From NCBI GenBank assembly GCA_035269385.1, contig DATFJE010000114.1, positions 1 to 40,862 of the forward strand: 40,862 nt of DNA. Direction: 5' to 3'. The translations under genes were made by a program, and so were the position numbers. Under the pieces are notes generated by a model. The model had not been told where the DNA came from. It made no database searches and was given only the letters and a program-made list of their open reading frames with translations. Below, piece after piece: positions 1 to 8,425 of the stretch. The stretch comes from Clostridia bacterium (lineage in GTDB: Bacteria > Bacillota > Clostridia > Peptostreptococcales > BM714). Each line of letters opens with the position of its first letter. Positions within the stretch are counted from its first letter, which is position 1.

Positions 1-434
1 AGAAACCAAAGGTTTTCTGTCAGTTTAAATGGTTCGTTTGTAAGTGCCATTTCGAAATGCCTGCTGCATTTTTCTTCCGAAATCAAGGAGCCGATTTCTT
101 TGAAATTTTCGAATCTTCTACTTAAAAAGACTTCTTCATGCGCGATAAAAAGGGGCGTCCTAAACGCTATGTTTTCAATTGTCCATTCATTCATCAATCT
201 TATGTATGGATCAAGGCCCCATGTGTGGTCAACATGACCGTGGGAAAAAACGACTTTGTCTATGTCTCGCAGGGTTTCTCCCATCTTGAAAGCATTTTTT
301 ACGAATACGTCAGAATATCCCATATCAAAAAGTATTTTTTCACCGTCTGCTTCAATCAAGAAAGAAAGTCCCGGTTCCCCTAAAAAATATCTGTCGATTA
401 TTGTGTTGTTGTCCGCAAGCACTCTCAGCTTCAT
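1..434 (-). CDS. MBL-fold metallo-hydrolase (partial; C-terminus lies beyond the window edge)
   Basis: This minus-strand ORF is missing from the track because it runs off the edge. My translation from the ATG at 432-434 reads MKLRVLADNNTIIDRYFLGEPGLSFLIEADGEKILFDMGYSD...VVFSHGHVDHTWGLDPY, which carries the HxHxDH zinc motif of metallo-beta-lactamase-fold enzymes. A GGGAG SD lies about 7 nt upstream. Confidence 0.75.
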   Translation of the reverse strand, partial: MKLRVLADNNTIIDRYFLGEPGLSFLIEADGEKILFDMGYSDVFVKNAFKMGETLRDIDKVVFSHGHVDHTWGLDPYIRLMNEWTIENIAFRTPLFIAHEEVFLSRRFENFKEIGSLISEEKCSRHFEMALTNEPFKLTENLWF

Positions 435-504
435 TTTGCATCTCCCTTTATTCATTGTTTATTGTCAATATATTCTATTTTACCACTATTCCGAATTATT
501 TAAA

Positions 505-535
505 AACCGCTTCAATGAAAAAAGCGGTTGCTTTT
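505..535 (-). terminator. Rho-independent terminator after mgsA (hairpin usable in both directions)
   Basis: Stem AACCGCTT / AAGCGGTT with an 8-9 nt loop. T-rich runs flank it on both strands. It sits 100 nt downstream of the mgsA stop. Confidence 0.5.
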
Positions 536-634
536 GCAATCCGCTCAATTATTCTCTATCATAATTTTGTCACCATGCCGTGATTCTACCGCCTTCAAAG
601 AATCCGGCATTTCATTTTGTTTGGATTACACACG

Positions 635-1036
635 TCAGTACCTGCCTTGAATTTCCTGCCACGGGGTCTCTTTGGCAATCAATGCGTAAAGCAAAAGTTC
701 TGCCGAGGTAATGTTTGTGGCCAGCGGCACATTGTGAACGTCGCAAATTCTCAAGAGCGCAAGTATGTCAGGCTCATGCGGCTGTGATGTTAGAGGATCT
801 CTAAGGAATATTACAAGGTCAATCTTTTCTGAAGCAACCATTGCGCTTATCTGCGCATCTCCTCCAAGAGGTCCTGAGAGAAATCTTATTATGCTCAGTC
901 CTGTTTTTTCCTCTATCAATTTCCCCGTAGTGCCTGTGGCAAACAATTTGCATGATTCCAGCATTTTTTTGTTTTTTCGGGCAAATGCAATTATGGCGTT
1001 TTTCTTTTCATCATGGGCTATCAATGCAACCTGCAT
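635..1036 (-). CDS. mgsA: methylglyoxal synthase
   Basis: 133-aa [15 protein letters not shown]...ATGTTG...GPLGGDAQI...PHEPDI match the methylglyoxal synthase family in size and conserved blocks. GGGGGTGA SD. The start abuts the stop of the upstream gene (1036/1037). Confidence 0.93.
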   Translation of the reverse strand: MQVALIAHDEKKNAIIAFARKNKKMLESCKLFATGTTGKLIEEKTGLSIIRFLSGPLGGDAQISAMVASEKIDLVIFLRDPLTSQPHEPDILALLRICDVHNVPLATNITSAELLLYALIAKETPWQEIQGRY

Positions 1037-1609
1037 CTACTCACCCCCGATGTCTTTTATCCTGATCATAATCTCATCGAGCGATTTTCTTTCCCTGGGA
1101 CTCTCATCCTCAATAAATATTTCATTGAGCTCTTGTTTGTCTCCAATTCTGCCAAGTGCAATTATGGCCAGAAAATTTCTTTCTTCTTCATATCCCAAAA
1201 GTTCCTTAAGCTTCTTTCGGCTGAAACCTCCCATGGCATGTGTTATAAGCCCCCTTCTATGAGCTTCAAGCGACAAGTATCCCCAAGCTGTCCCCGTGTC
1301 GAAATCGGCCCATCTGTTTGCTTTTTCGTTTTTGCGGAACGAAGGACGTGAAGACGCAACTATCAGAACAGGAGCCTTGTCGGCCCAAAGCCGGTTCCTG
1401 TCATTGATTGATTGTCTTACCAATTCAAGCTCTTCTTCATCAAAGGCAATATAAAATTCCCAAGGCTGTTCGTTGAAGCAGGATGGAGCGTATCTTGCCG
1501 CCTCCAAAACCGCCAATACGTCTTCATACTCTACAGGATCAGTACTGAAGGACTTTGGCGACCATCTCTCTTTAATCGTTTCACTGATATCAAAACTGAA
1601 ATAGCGCAT
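1037..1609 (-). CDS. nitroreductase-family flavoprotein
   Basis: Carries RWSPKSF...LEAARYAPSCFNEQPWEF, the typical nitroreductase N-terminal signature. The track ORF extends to 1714, but AAGGAG sits 9 nt before the ATG at 1607-1609 (MRYFSF...), only 13 nt after the upstream stop. Confidence 0.85.
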   Translation of the reverse strand: MRYFSFDISETIKERWSPKSFSTDPVEYEDVLAVLEAARYAPSCFNEQPWEFYIAFDEEELELVRQSINDRNRLWADKAPVLIVASSRPSFRKNEKANRWADFDTGTAWGYLSLEAHRRGLITHAMGGFSRKKLKELLGYEEERNFLAIIALGRIGDKQELNEIFIEDESPRERKSLDEIMIRIKDIGGE

Positions 1610-1622
1610 TCTTTCCATCTCC

Positions 1623-2159
1623 TTATTTTTCAAAATCAACATATTCGATTGAGCATTCAAAGGTTCTTGCCAATGCGTATATCCAATCCGAAAGGCGGTT
1701 GACATATTTGACAAGCTCTGGTCTTATGTCCTCTTCTCGCGAAAGCGTCACTATCCTTCTCTCCGCTCTCCTGCAAATTGTCCTTGCCATGTGGAGGCTG
1801 GCGGATCGATGGCATGAACCTGGTATTATGAATTTGAATTGCTGCTCTTTGTTTAATTTGTCAAGCATTGAATCGATTTCGCTCTCGAGGCTTTCTATTT
1901 TCTCCACCGTCACTTTTTCCGGAAACTTTGAATGGTCGGCTGTGGCAAGCTCTCCTGCAACATTAAAAAGTTCCCTCTGCACGTCCTTTATGGAAACGTT
2001 GATTGAATCATCGTCTATGAACCCTCTTGCCAATCCAAGTGCAGAATTCAATTCGTCAATCGTTCCATAGCTCTCAACCCTGATATGGTCCTTCGGCACT
2101 CGGGTGTTGTCATAAAGACTTGTTTCTCCCCTGTCTCCGCCTTTTGTATAAATTTTCAT
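1623..2159 (-). CDS. ATP:cob(I)alamin adenosyltransferase, PduO type
   Basis: 178 aa. MKIYTKGGDRGETSLYD...ESYGTIDELNS is the canonical PduO/MMAB-type N-terminus. AAAGGAG SD lies 6 nt upstream. Confidence 0.9.
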   Translation of the reverse strand: MKIYTKGGDRGETSLYDNTRVPKDHIRVESYGTIDELNSALGLARGFIDDDSINVSIKDVQRELFNVAGELATADHSKFPEKVTVEKIESLESEIDSMLDKLNKEQQFKFIIPGSCHRSASLHMARTICRRAERRIVTLSREEDIRPELVKYVNRLSDWIYALARTFECSIEYVDFEK

Positions 2160-2201
2160 AAAACCGCTCCTTTCGCCATTTTAAGGCGTCTTCCATTTCG
2201 C

Positions 2202-3434
2202 TTAAAATATATTTCCCAGCAGGCGCGCAGTCGAAAAAGCCGCCTGTAGATTGTATCCTCCAGTTTCCCCGTCAATATCCAAAACCTCTCCAACAAAGAA
2301 AAGTCCTTCCACTATCTTTGATTGCATGGTTTTGCGGTTTATTTCCCTGGTGTCGACTCCCCCGCACGTTGCCATGGCAATATTGAATCCTTTGATTTTG
2401 CTTATTTCATATCTGTCTTCAGTTAATAAGCCCGCCAAGTGTTTTCTTTCCATCTTCCCCAGCTCCGATATCGAAAGCCCTTCGGATATGCCTGCCTTTT
2501 TCAGTCTATCGATGCAAAATCGCTCTGAAAGCCCTGCTTCCCTCAGGTATCTTTTAACTTTCGGAGGAAGGCTTCTGGACGCGCGTTCTGCAAGTTTTTT
2601 TTCGAAAGAAGATTTGTCATGTTCCAAAAAATAATTTATTGCCAGTATGTCTCCCGGCTCAAAATATCTCGAATTATTTAAAATCACAGGCCCGGAAAAA
2701 CCGTCGTGCGTATAAAGCAACGCTCCCTTGAACGACCTGAGTTTTTTGCCATTTCGCCATAGCCCCAAACCGACTTCCTCAAAAGAAAGTCCGGCAAGAA
2801 AGTCTCCTTTGAAATCTTTGCAGACTACCGGAGCCAAAGCCGGCTTTACAGACACAATTGAATGTCCCAGACTTTCAGCGAAGCCGTAACCGTCTCCCGA
2901 AGATCCAGTTGATGGATATGACATGCCTCCTGTCGCCAATACAAGCAATTTTGATTGGCACGCAAGATTTTTCGTATCCACCCGGAATCCATTCTTCGTT
3001 TTTACTGTTCTTATCGCCTTTTCATTGCACAATATGTCGACTCCCGACTTCAGCAGTTCTTTTTCGAGCACATCGAGTATGTCTGATGCTTTACACGATT
3101 CCGGGAAAAATTTGCCGTCCTTTCTTTCTTCGAAGCCTATGCCTCTCTTCTCAAAAAACCTCAAGAGGGCCAGATTGTCGAAGCCTTTGAAAGCCGGTTT
3201 TAAAAACATCCCCTTGTCTCCGTATTTCCCAGTGAATTCCTTTATGCTTCCGGAATGGGTGAGATTGCACTGTCCACTTCCTGAAAGCAAAAGTTTTTTG
3301 CCGATTCGGTCATTCTTTTCAAGGATTGCCACTTTTCCCAAATGCTCTTTCATTGTGATTGCCGCAAACATTCCCGCAGGTCCTCCGCCTATAATCAAAA
3401 CATCATACGATTTTTTCTTTCGCTTCAACTCCAC
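2202..3434 (-). CDS. HI0933/BaiN-like NAD(P)/FAD-dependent flavoprotein
   Basis: 410 aa. N-terminal dinucleotide fold YDVLIIGGGPAGMFAA. Length, internal GGMSYPSTGSSGDGY and C-terminal GGYNLQAAFSTA blocks fit this family. Confidence 0.85.
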   Translation of the reverse strand: MELKRKKKSYDVLIIGGGPAGMFAAITMKEHLGKVAILEKNDRIGKKLLLSGSGQCNLTHSGSIKEFTGKYGDKGMFLKPAFKGFDNLALLRFFEKRGIGFEERKDGKFFPESCKASDILDVLEKELLKSGVDILCNEKAIRTVKTKNGFRVDTKNLACQSKLLVLATGGMSYPSTGSSGDGYGFAESLGHSIVSVKPALAPVVCKDFKGDFLAGLSFEEVGLGLWRNGKKLRSFKGALLYTHDGFSGPVILNNSRYFEPGDILAINYFLEHDKSSFEKKLAERASRSLPPKVKRYLREAGLSERFCIDRLKKAGISEGLSISELGKMERKHLAGLLTEDRYEISKIKGFNIAMATCGGVDTREINRKTMQSKIVEGLFFVGEVLDIDGETGGYNLQAAFSTARLLGNIF

Positions 3435-3942
3435 CGGCTCTACCTCTCTTCATCAAATAATAAATTGGAACAATATACAGATAAAATGCAAAAGGAATGA
3501 ATAAGCTTCCCACACCTATGGATGAGGCTGGAACCGTTCCCTTCCATGTCCCATGTAAACATCCTGGTTCTTCATTATTTGAAACACTATCACTATTGCG
3601 AGTGTTTGTGTACACCCTATTGCAGAGCCAAAAGACTTGCGGCAATCACTCTGGGAAAGATCTCCGCTTTTTCCACCCATAATCTAATTTTACCCTCTGT
3701 TTGATTCATTAAACCAGCCTTGTCCAATATGCCCGAATAGGCTGCCGATATCAAAACTATGGAAGCTATGTTTATCATGGACAATATTCCGCCGCTTTTC
3801 ATTATTTCGGAAAGCAGTCCCGTCCCATCCATCCGAACATGATGATTCCCGCAATCAGTGGCAGCAATAGATTGATTTTCGCCACAACCGCTAAAATCAA
3901 CATTACAAATATAATTATCGATGCTAAAAGCAAGTTCATCAT
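3403..3942 (-). pseudogene. decayed Na+/H+ antiporter NhaC-family remnant (internally deleted, multiple frameshifts)
   Basis: GGAGG SD plus ATGATG at 3937-3942 opens MMNLLLASIIIFVMLILAVVAKINLLLPLIAGIIMFGWMG, then hits a stop. Hydrophobic NhaC-like segments continue in other frames: ...GGILSMINIASIVLISAAYSGILDKAGL..., then AIGCTQTLAIVIVFQIMKN, then GTVPASSIGVGSLFIPFAFYLYIVPIYYL. About 170 codons remain against roughly 450 or more in intact family members. The 3' end overlaps the next gene. Confidence 0.55.
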
Positions 3943-3988
3943 ACCGCCTCCTGAAAGTCCCGCTTCAGAAATCGTACCACTGTAGAAG

Positions 3989-4016
3989 CAAAAAAAAAAG
4001 AGCCATAGGCTCTTTT
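3989..4016 (-). terminator. Rho-independent terminator after the PPIase gene
   Basis: The minus strand reads AAAGAGCC-TAT-GGCTCTTT followed by T10. The stop codon lies inside the stem. Confidence 0.65.
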
Positions 4017-4758
4017 AATAAATTTTTACTTCATACTGCTGTTTCAATTCACTTATTTTTTCCATGTAAACGTCTCTTTGCTTTTCAGATATGAGCCTTT
4101 GCCCTATTTCATTTTTCACTTCGTCATATGCCTTGACCGAAGCTTCCTTCCTATCCTCAACTTTGATCAAATGGTAGCCGAACTGGGTTTTGACGGGTTC
4201 GCTTATTTGGCCGACTTTCATTCCAAAAGCCGCGTCCTCGAATTCGGGAACCATTTTACCTCTTCCGAACATTCCCAAGTCTCCACCATTCGCATTCGAA
4301 GGACATTTGGAGTATTTTTGGGCGGCATCCTCAAACTCGATTCCACCGTCAATTTCAGTCTTTATGCTTTCGGCCTCTTCCTCGCTGTCGACAAGAATGT
4401 GTTTTGTGTGTACGCTTTCAGGCGTTTGGAAGTTGCTTTTGTTTTTTTCGTAATACTCTTCCGCCTCTTTTTCCTCAACACCCACGCCTGCGATTGTCTT
4501 GTTTACGGCATATTGCTTGAGTATGTTGGCCTTGACTGTTTCAAGCTGGGCCTTAAAGGCTTCTTCTCCGTCCATACCGTTTGCCATAGCATAAAGATAA
4601 AAGAGCTCCTGATTGACAAGTTCATTCAAAACATACTCTCGTCCCTTATCGTTATTGAACTGGGCCTCTCGCTCCGGTCCAAGACTTTTAATCATCATTT
4701 CCATTTCTTCTTTAAGTATTTCCCTGTTCCCTACTTTTGCCAAAACATTTTCATTCAT
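4015..4758 (-). CDS. peptidyl-prolyl cis-trans isomerase, parvulin (PpiC/PrsA-like)
   Basis: 247 aa. PpiC domain HILVDSEEEA...CPSNANGGDLGMFGRGKMVPEFEDAAF...GYHLIKV preceded by a SurA-N-like helical region. AAAGGAG SD. No obvious signal peptide. Confidence 0.85.
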   Translation of the reverse strand: MNENVLAKVGNREILKEEMEMMIKSLGPEREAQFNNDKGREYVLNELVNQELFYLYAMANGMDGEEAFKAQLETVKANILKQYAVNKTIAGVGVEEKEAEEYYEKNKSNFQTPESVHTKHILVDSEEEAESIKTEIDGGIEFEDAAQKYSKCPSNANGGDLGMFGRGKMVPEFEDAAFGMKVGQISEPVKTQFGYHLIKVEDRKEASVKAYDEVKNEIGQRLISEKQRDVYMEKISELKQQYEVKIY

Positions 4759-4820
4759 TTAATATTCTCCTTTGAATTTAGTCTAATGACATGATAACAG
4801 AAAGCTTTATTCATGTCCAT

Positions 4821-5387
4821 TTACAGAATCCATTTCCTTTCTCTTAAAAGAGCTTCTATCTTGCCGCTCTGCTTTGCAGCATCCACTCTAACATCGGTCA
4901 TGTCCATGTAAAGGCGTATGGATTCCTCACACAAATTTCCGCCCTTCATTGCGAACACACCGTCATTCATCTTTTCTCCGTTTATGATGCCTTTTTTCTC
5001 CATTCCTCCAAGTATAAGACCCATTCTCATGTGGCCGTCTTCCTCTTCAATGAAAAACCCGGCCACTCTGTCCAAATTGTCTTTGGCAAAATGCTCCGAC
5101 AGACATGCCTCACTGTCCAAATGGCTTATATCGATCATCCTTCCCCCTGCAAATGTAATTCTGCGGTTGTTTAAAAATTCCATGGAATTCCCTTCGCTTC
5201 CAAGGACTGTTCCATAACCCTCGGCCGTTTCCCTGTGGACAAGAATCTCCATGCGGTTCTTTCTGACTCTCCAGAATGAGTCTTCCGGCAACTTGAAAGT
5301 CATTTGGTTGAAAAGGGAATTGATCATTATTTTTTCATATCCCTTTTCATTGAACAACTCGCACATTTCGTTGAATGTTCCCCTCAT
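4821..5387 (-). CDS. hypothetical protein (no family recognised)
   Basis: Clean ORF with coding-like composition. AGAGGTG SD lies 6 nt before the ATG at 5385-5387; the track starts at the GTG at 5396. No TM segment, signal peptide or motif that I can name. Confidence 0.5.
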   Translation of the reverse strand: MRGTFNEMCELFNEKGYEKIMINSLFNQMTFKLPEDSFWRVRKNRMEILVHRETAEGYGTVLGSEGNSMEFLNNRRITFAGGRMIDISHLDSEACLSEHFAKDNLDRVAGFFIEEEDGHMRMGLILGGMEKKGIINGEKMNDGVFAMKGGNLCEESIRLYMDMTDVRVDAAKQSGKIEALLRERKWIL

Positions 5388-5490
5388 AAATTTCACCTCT
5401 TTACTCCATTAAACCATAAATTGCCCAAGCCCGCCACCGGCTTTAAAAATCCCCGTAAACAATTTTACCGTTTCGAGGATCTCAAAATTC

Positions 5491-6045
5491 TTATTCAGCA
5501 TCTCTTTTTCGCAACCTTTCAACATACCCATAGCCCTTGTATGTCCTGACAACTACATCCAGAATGCCGTCATTTGAATCGTATTGCAGTTCTTCTCCTG
5601 TATTTTCCTGTACATAGTATCTCTCGAGCCCATAGTTGAGATAGACACTATAGGACTTTTGAAATCCGCTTGTTTCACGCAGCCCGGAAATTCGCGCCTT
5701 AAGATAAACGCCCTCAGACGGCGGTTTTTCCAAAACAGTATCAATGGAGTGGTAACCGTTTTGATCGATTTTCAACAAAACATACACAAAACTGTCATTG
5801 TATTTTTCAGTGTTATAAAAAATTTCTTTCGAAAGCAAATCGTATGTTGCTCTGCTTATTTCGAGATTCAAATGCACATAGTCCCCGCGAAACAAATCCC
5901 TCGGGTCATATGCGTCTGTCGCAAGAAGTATTTCCTCTCCCTGGGCTTTTGCAACAAGAGGCTTGTAGGCAATACCTCCCAATATTAACAATGGAATAAG
6001 CAAGGCAAGTACAAACCCCAGACTATTCCTATAGTCTATTTTCAT
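5491..6045 (-). CDS. GDYXXLXY-domain membrane-anchored protein
   Basis: 184 aa. N-terminal TM anchor LGFVLALLIPLLILGGIAY and the motif DPRDLFRGDYVHLNLE (a GDYxxLxY variant). Overlaps the upstream gene by 17 nt. Confidence 0.75.
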   Translation of the reverse strand: MKIDYRNSLGFVLALLIPLLILGGIAYKPLVAKAQGEEILLATDAYDPRDLFRGDYVHLNLEISRATYDLLSKEIFYNTEKYNDSFVYVLLKIDQNGYHSIDTVLEKPPSEGVYLKARISGLRETSGFQKSYSVYLNYGLERYYVQENTGEELQYDSNDGILDVVVRTYKGYGYVERLRKRDAE

Positions 6046-7114
6046 AACCTATGCCCTCCTTCTTTCTTATTCGCTCAAACGTGTATCCAAAGGCTATCAG
6101 AATAAGCCCTCCGATTATGAAGAACATGGATTTTGGCATAAAATCATAAAAACTGTCCACATAGTATCTGAATATCAATATGCAGACAAAAAACAAGCTG
6201 CTTAGGCGACCCTTTTTCGTATCCATCAAAAAATATGCCATCAGGACTATTCCGAAAACTATTGCCGTCTCTCCGCCGTAACTAAAATCAAGATCTGTCC
6301 ATATGCCCTTGAATGTAAGGAAAAGGCCCGATATCCCCATAAACAAATTCCCCTGCAGCGCCAGCACCCTCTCATGCCTGGATAACACATATTTCATTGA
6401 TATTCCTGATCCGAAAATGACACACGCCGCTAAAAGACCGCTTCCACCAAGCTCTTCAATGACATCTATGACCCATATCGCAGCCAAAATGTTTTCCATA
6501 AACATAAAATACGGATTATTTTCAAAAACAAATCGGTTTACCGCATAAAAAACGATTAGAAGAGCCAGGTAGACCCATTCGATTCCATGGTAGTTTAAAT
6601 TTCCAATGCCGTAGACAAGAAGCAGCGCATTGGCAAAAACGAATATAAGCTTGTCCTTCAGCACATATGCCATTGGCAGGACTCCCAGAGACCACAGCAA
6701 AAAACTTTTAGAAAAATGGATTGATATGTTGTACATCTGCTCAATAAGAAAAATTCCGGCTCCGAAAATCATTACGGATATATATACAAGGCTTCGCCCA
6801 GTTCTCGGATAGCTTTCCTCCAGAATTCTCCCACTTGCTGCAAAACCCAAAACACCCAAGACAATTATGGTCAGCTTGAATGAATTGCCAATCTCCTTCC
6901 AATTGCTTGCTATGAAACTTATGATGCCCAGCCCTACAAGAATGGCTCCTATCGTCAGTATTATGCGTATGTAGTTCATGCCCTCTTCACGGGGTTCGTA
7001 TGCATCGACTATCCGCGTTCGGGTCTCATGGTCTATAACTTCAATTCTCTCAAGATAGGCGGTTTCATTTTTTATGAATCTATAACTTGAACTTCCAATC
7101 GTTTTCCTTTTCAT
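6029..7114 (-). CDS. polytopic membrane protein, DUF2157/DUF4401-like
   Basis: Roughly 10 predicted TM helices after a soluble N-terminus. This is the usual partner gene of GDYXXLXY proteins. GAGGTGA SD favours the ATG at 7112-7114 over the track start at 7138. Confidence 0.65.
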   Translation of the reverse strand: MKRKTIGSSSYRFIKNETAYLERIEVIDHETRTRIVDAYEPREEGMNYIRIILTIGAILVGLGIISFIASNWKEIGNSFKLTIIVLGVLGFAASGRILEESYPRTGRSLVYISVMIFGAGIFLIEQMYNISIHFSKSFLLWSLGVLPMAYVLKDKLIFVFANALLLVYGIGNLNYHGIEWVYLALLIVFYAVNRFVFENNPYFMFMENILAAIWVIDVIEELGGSGLLAACVIFGSGISMKYVLSRHERVLALQGNLFMGISGLFLTFKGIWTDLDFSYGGETAIVFGIVLMAYFLMDTKKGRLSSLFFVCILIFRYYVDSFYDFMPKSMFFIIGGLILIAFGYTFERIRKKEGIGYENRL

Positions 7115-7180
7115 ACAATCACCTCGCCCTTGTTTCATTTTAACATATCGATGAAATTAAAGTGACCCTCAACATAAATT

Positions 7181-7218
7181 CACCCTCCTTCCACGCATGC
7201 AAACGTGAAAGGAGGGTG
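7181..7218 (-). terminator. terminator of the sigma-54 operon
   Basis: 10-bp GC-rich stem CACCCTCCTT / AAGGAGGGTG, 24 nt after the stop of the transporter gene. The T tail on the minus strand is weak. Confidence 0.5.
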
Positions 7219-7241
7219 TTGAAAATCTACTTTATTGCTTG

Positions 7242-8363
7242 TTATCCTATCTTGCGGTTCTCCAATGCATTGTCCTGCTGTTTGATCTTCCATACACCGA
7301 TTGTGCAGACAGGAACAACATAAAATACGAAGAAGCCCCATGTTATTGTTCCGTATCCTTTAGCAATAAGACCAATCAATCCAAATTGCGCGATTACCGC
7401 TCCGACTATAAGAAGCGTGATTGTAAGGCTTGTTGTCAATTTGGTCGGCATTATTTCGCCTTTTTCTTTGTATACCGAATTGATTCTTTCAGTAACTGCA
7501 AATATGAATCCTGTGCCTGTTTCGATAAGTGTACCGAAGAGCACTACCTGGAATGTTATTTGGAAGAATGGAGATCCCAATACTCCAAGTATGTGGTTTG
7601 TAGGAACTGCAACTGTTAAAATATCAGGATAAAGTCCAATCATGGCAAGATACAAAAGTATTCCGGGAACGATTCCGATTATTCCAGCCATTATGCCTGA
7701 TCCTATCGCTTCTTTTCTTGTTTCTATGTGTCTTGTCGAGAACAATACGGCCGGTATGATTCCAAGATTGTAGAATGCGTATTTGAAACCGCCCATTACC
7801 CATCCACTCTTCATGTTGCCTTGGAATACAGAGCTTACGATTCCGTCGCCAAACTTCGTAAAGCACACTACCAGGAATGCAATGTATACTGCGTAAAGCA
7901 GGAAAGACCAGTACGAAAGAAATTTCTCGATTGCCTCTGAACCGTTGAAAACAAGAAGTCCGACGCCAACCATCATTCCAATGACTCCAACATAGTAGTT
8001 GAGCCCGAAGATTTCATTGAGTATGCTTCCTGCAGTCGATGCGATTACAGCAAGCACGATGAGGAGAAGAACGAAATAGCATACTTCATAGAGCCACCAA
8101 GCCTTTCCGAGCAGTTTGGTGAAAAAACTTCTGTAGTCATACGCTTTAAAGACTCTTGCGAATTCAAAAGTCGCGGCGCAAACAAGAGACCAAATCACTG
8201 TCGATATGAATACCATTGCTATGAGTCCGCCCAATGTACCGAAATTCAGGAAAAACTCTACCAACTCACGTCCCGTACCGTAACCTCCTGCGATTACAAC
8301 AGATTGAAAAACGATGCCCGGAACAAAATATTTCTTGAATGTGTCCGATTTTACAAAATTCAT
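7242..8363 (-). CDS. YkvI-family membrane protein (putative amino-acid/metabolite transporter)
   Basis: 373 aa with about 11 TM segments. N-terminal QSVVIAGGYGTGRELVEFFLNFG resembles the YkvI-type signature. AAGGAGG SD. Confidence 0.6.
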   Translation of the reverse strand: MNFVKSDTFKKYFVPGIVFQSVVIAGGYGTGRELVEFFLNFGTLGGLIAMVFISTVIWSLVCAATFEFARVFKAYDYRSFFTKLLGKAWWLYEVCYFVLLLIVLAVIASTAGSILNEIFGLNYYVGVIGMMVGVGLLVFNGSEAIEKFLSYWSFLLYAVYIAFLVVCFTKFGDGIVSSVFQGNMKSGWVMGGFKYAFYNLGIIPAVLFSTRHIETRKEAIGSGIMAGIIGIVPGILLYLAMIGLYPDILTVAVPTNHILGVLGSPFFQITFQVVLFGTLIETGTGFIFAVTERINSVYKEKGEIMPTKLTTSLTITLLIVGAVIAQFGLIGLIAKGYGTITWGFFVFYVVPVCTIGVWKIKQQDNALENRKIG

Positions 8364-8425
8364 GTGTGTTCCTCCTTGATCTTATTTAGTATGATTGCGA
8401 TATTGACAAACAATTTTTTATTTCC

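Noticed and set aside
3989-4000. A10 homopolymer as a possible slippage or phase-variation tract
   Set aside because: It is intergenic and forms the T-tail (on the minus strand) of the PPIase terminator. It is not inside a reading frame.
4078-4794. 238-aa plus-strand ORF opposite the parvulin PPIase
   Set aside because: It is an antisense shadow of a well-supported gene, with no SD or motif. The same reasoning applies to 2923-3504, 765-1262, 16826-17350, 24956-25477, 28657-29220, 37184-37675 and similar track entries.
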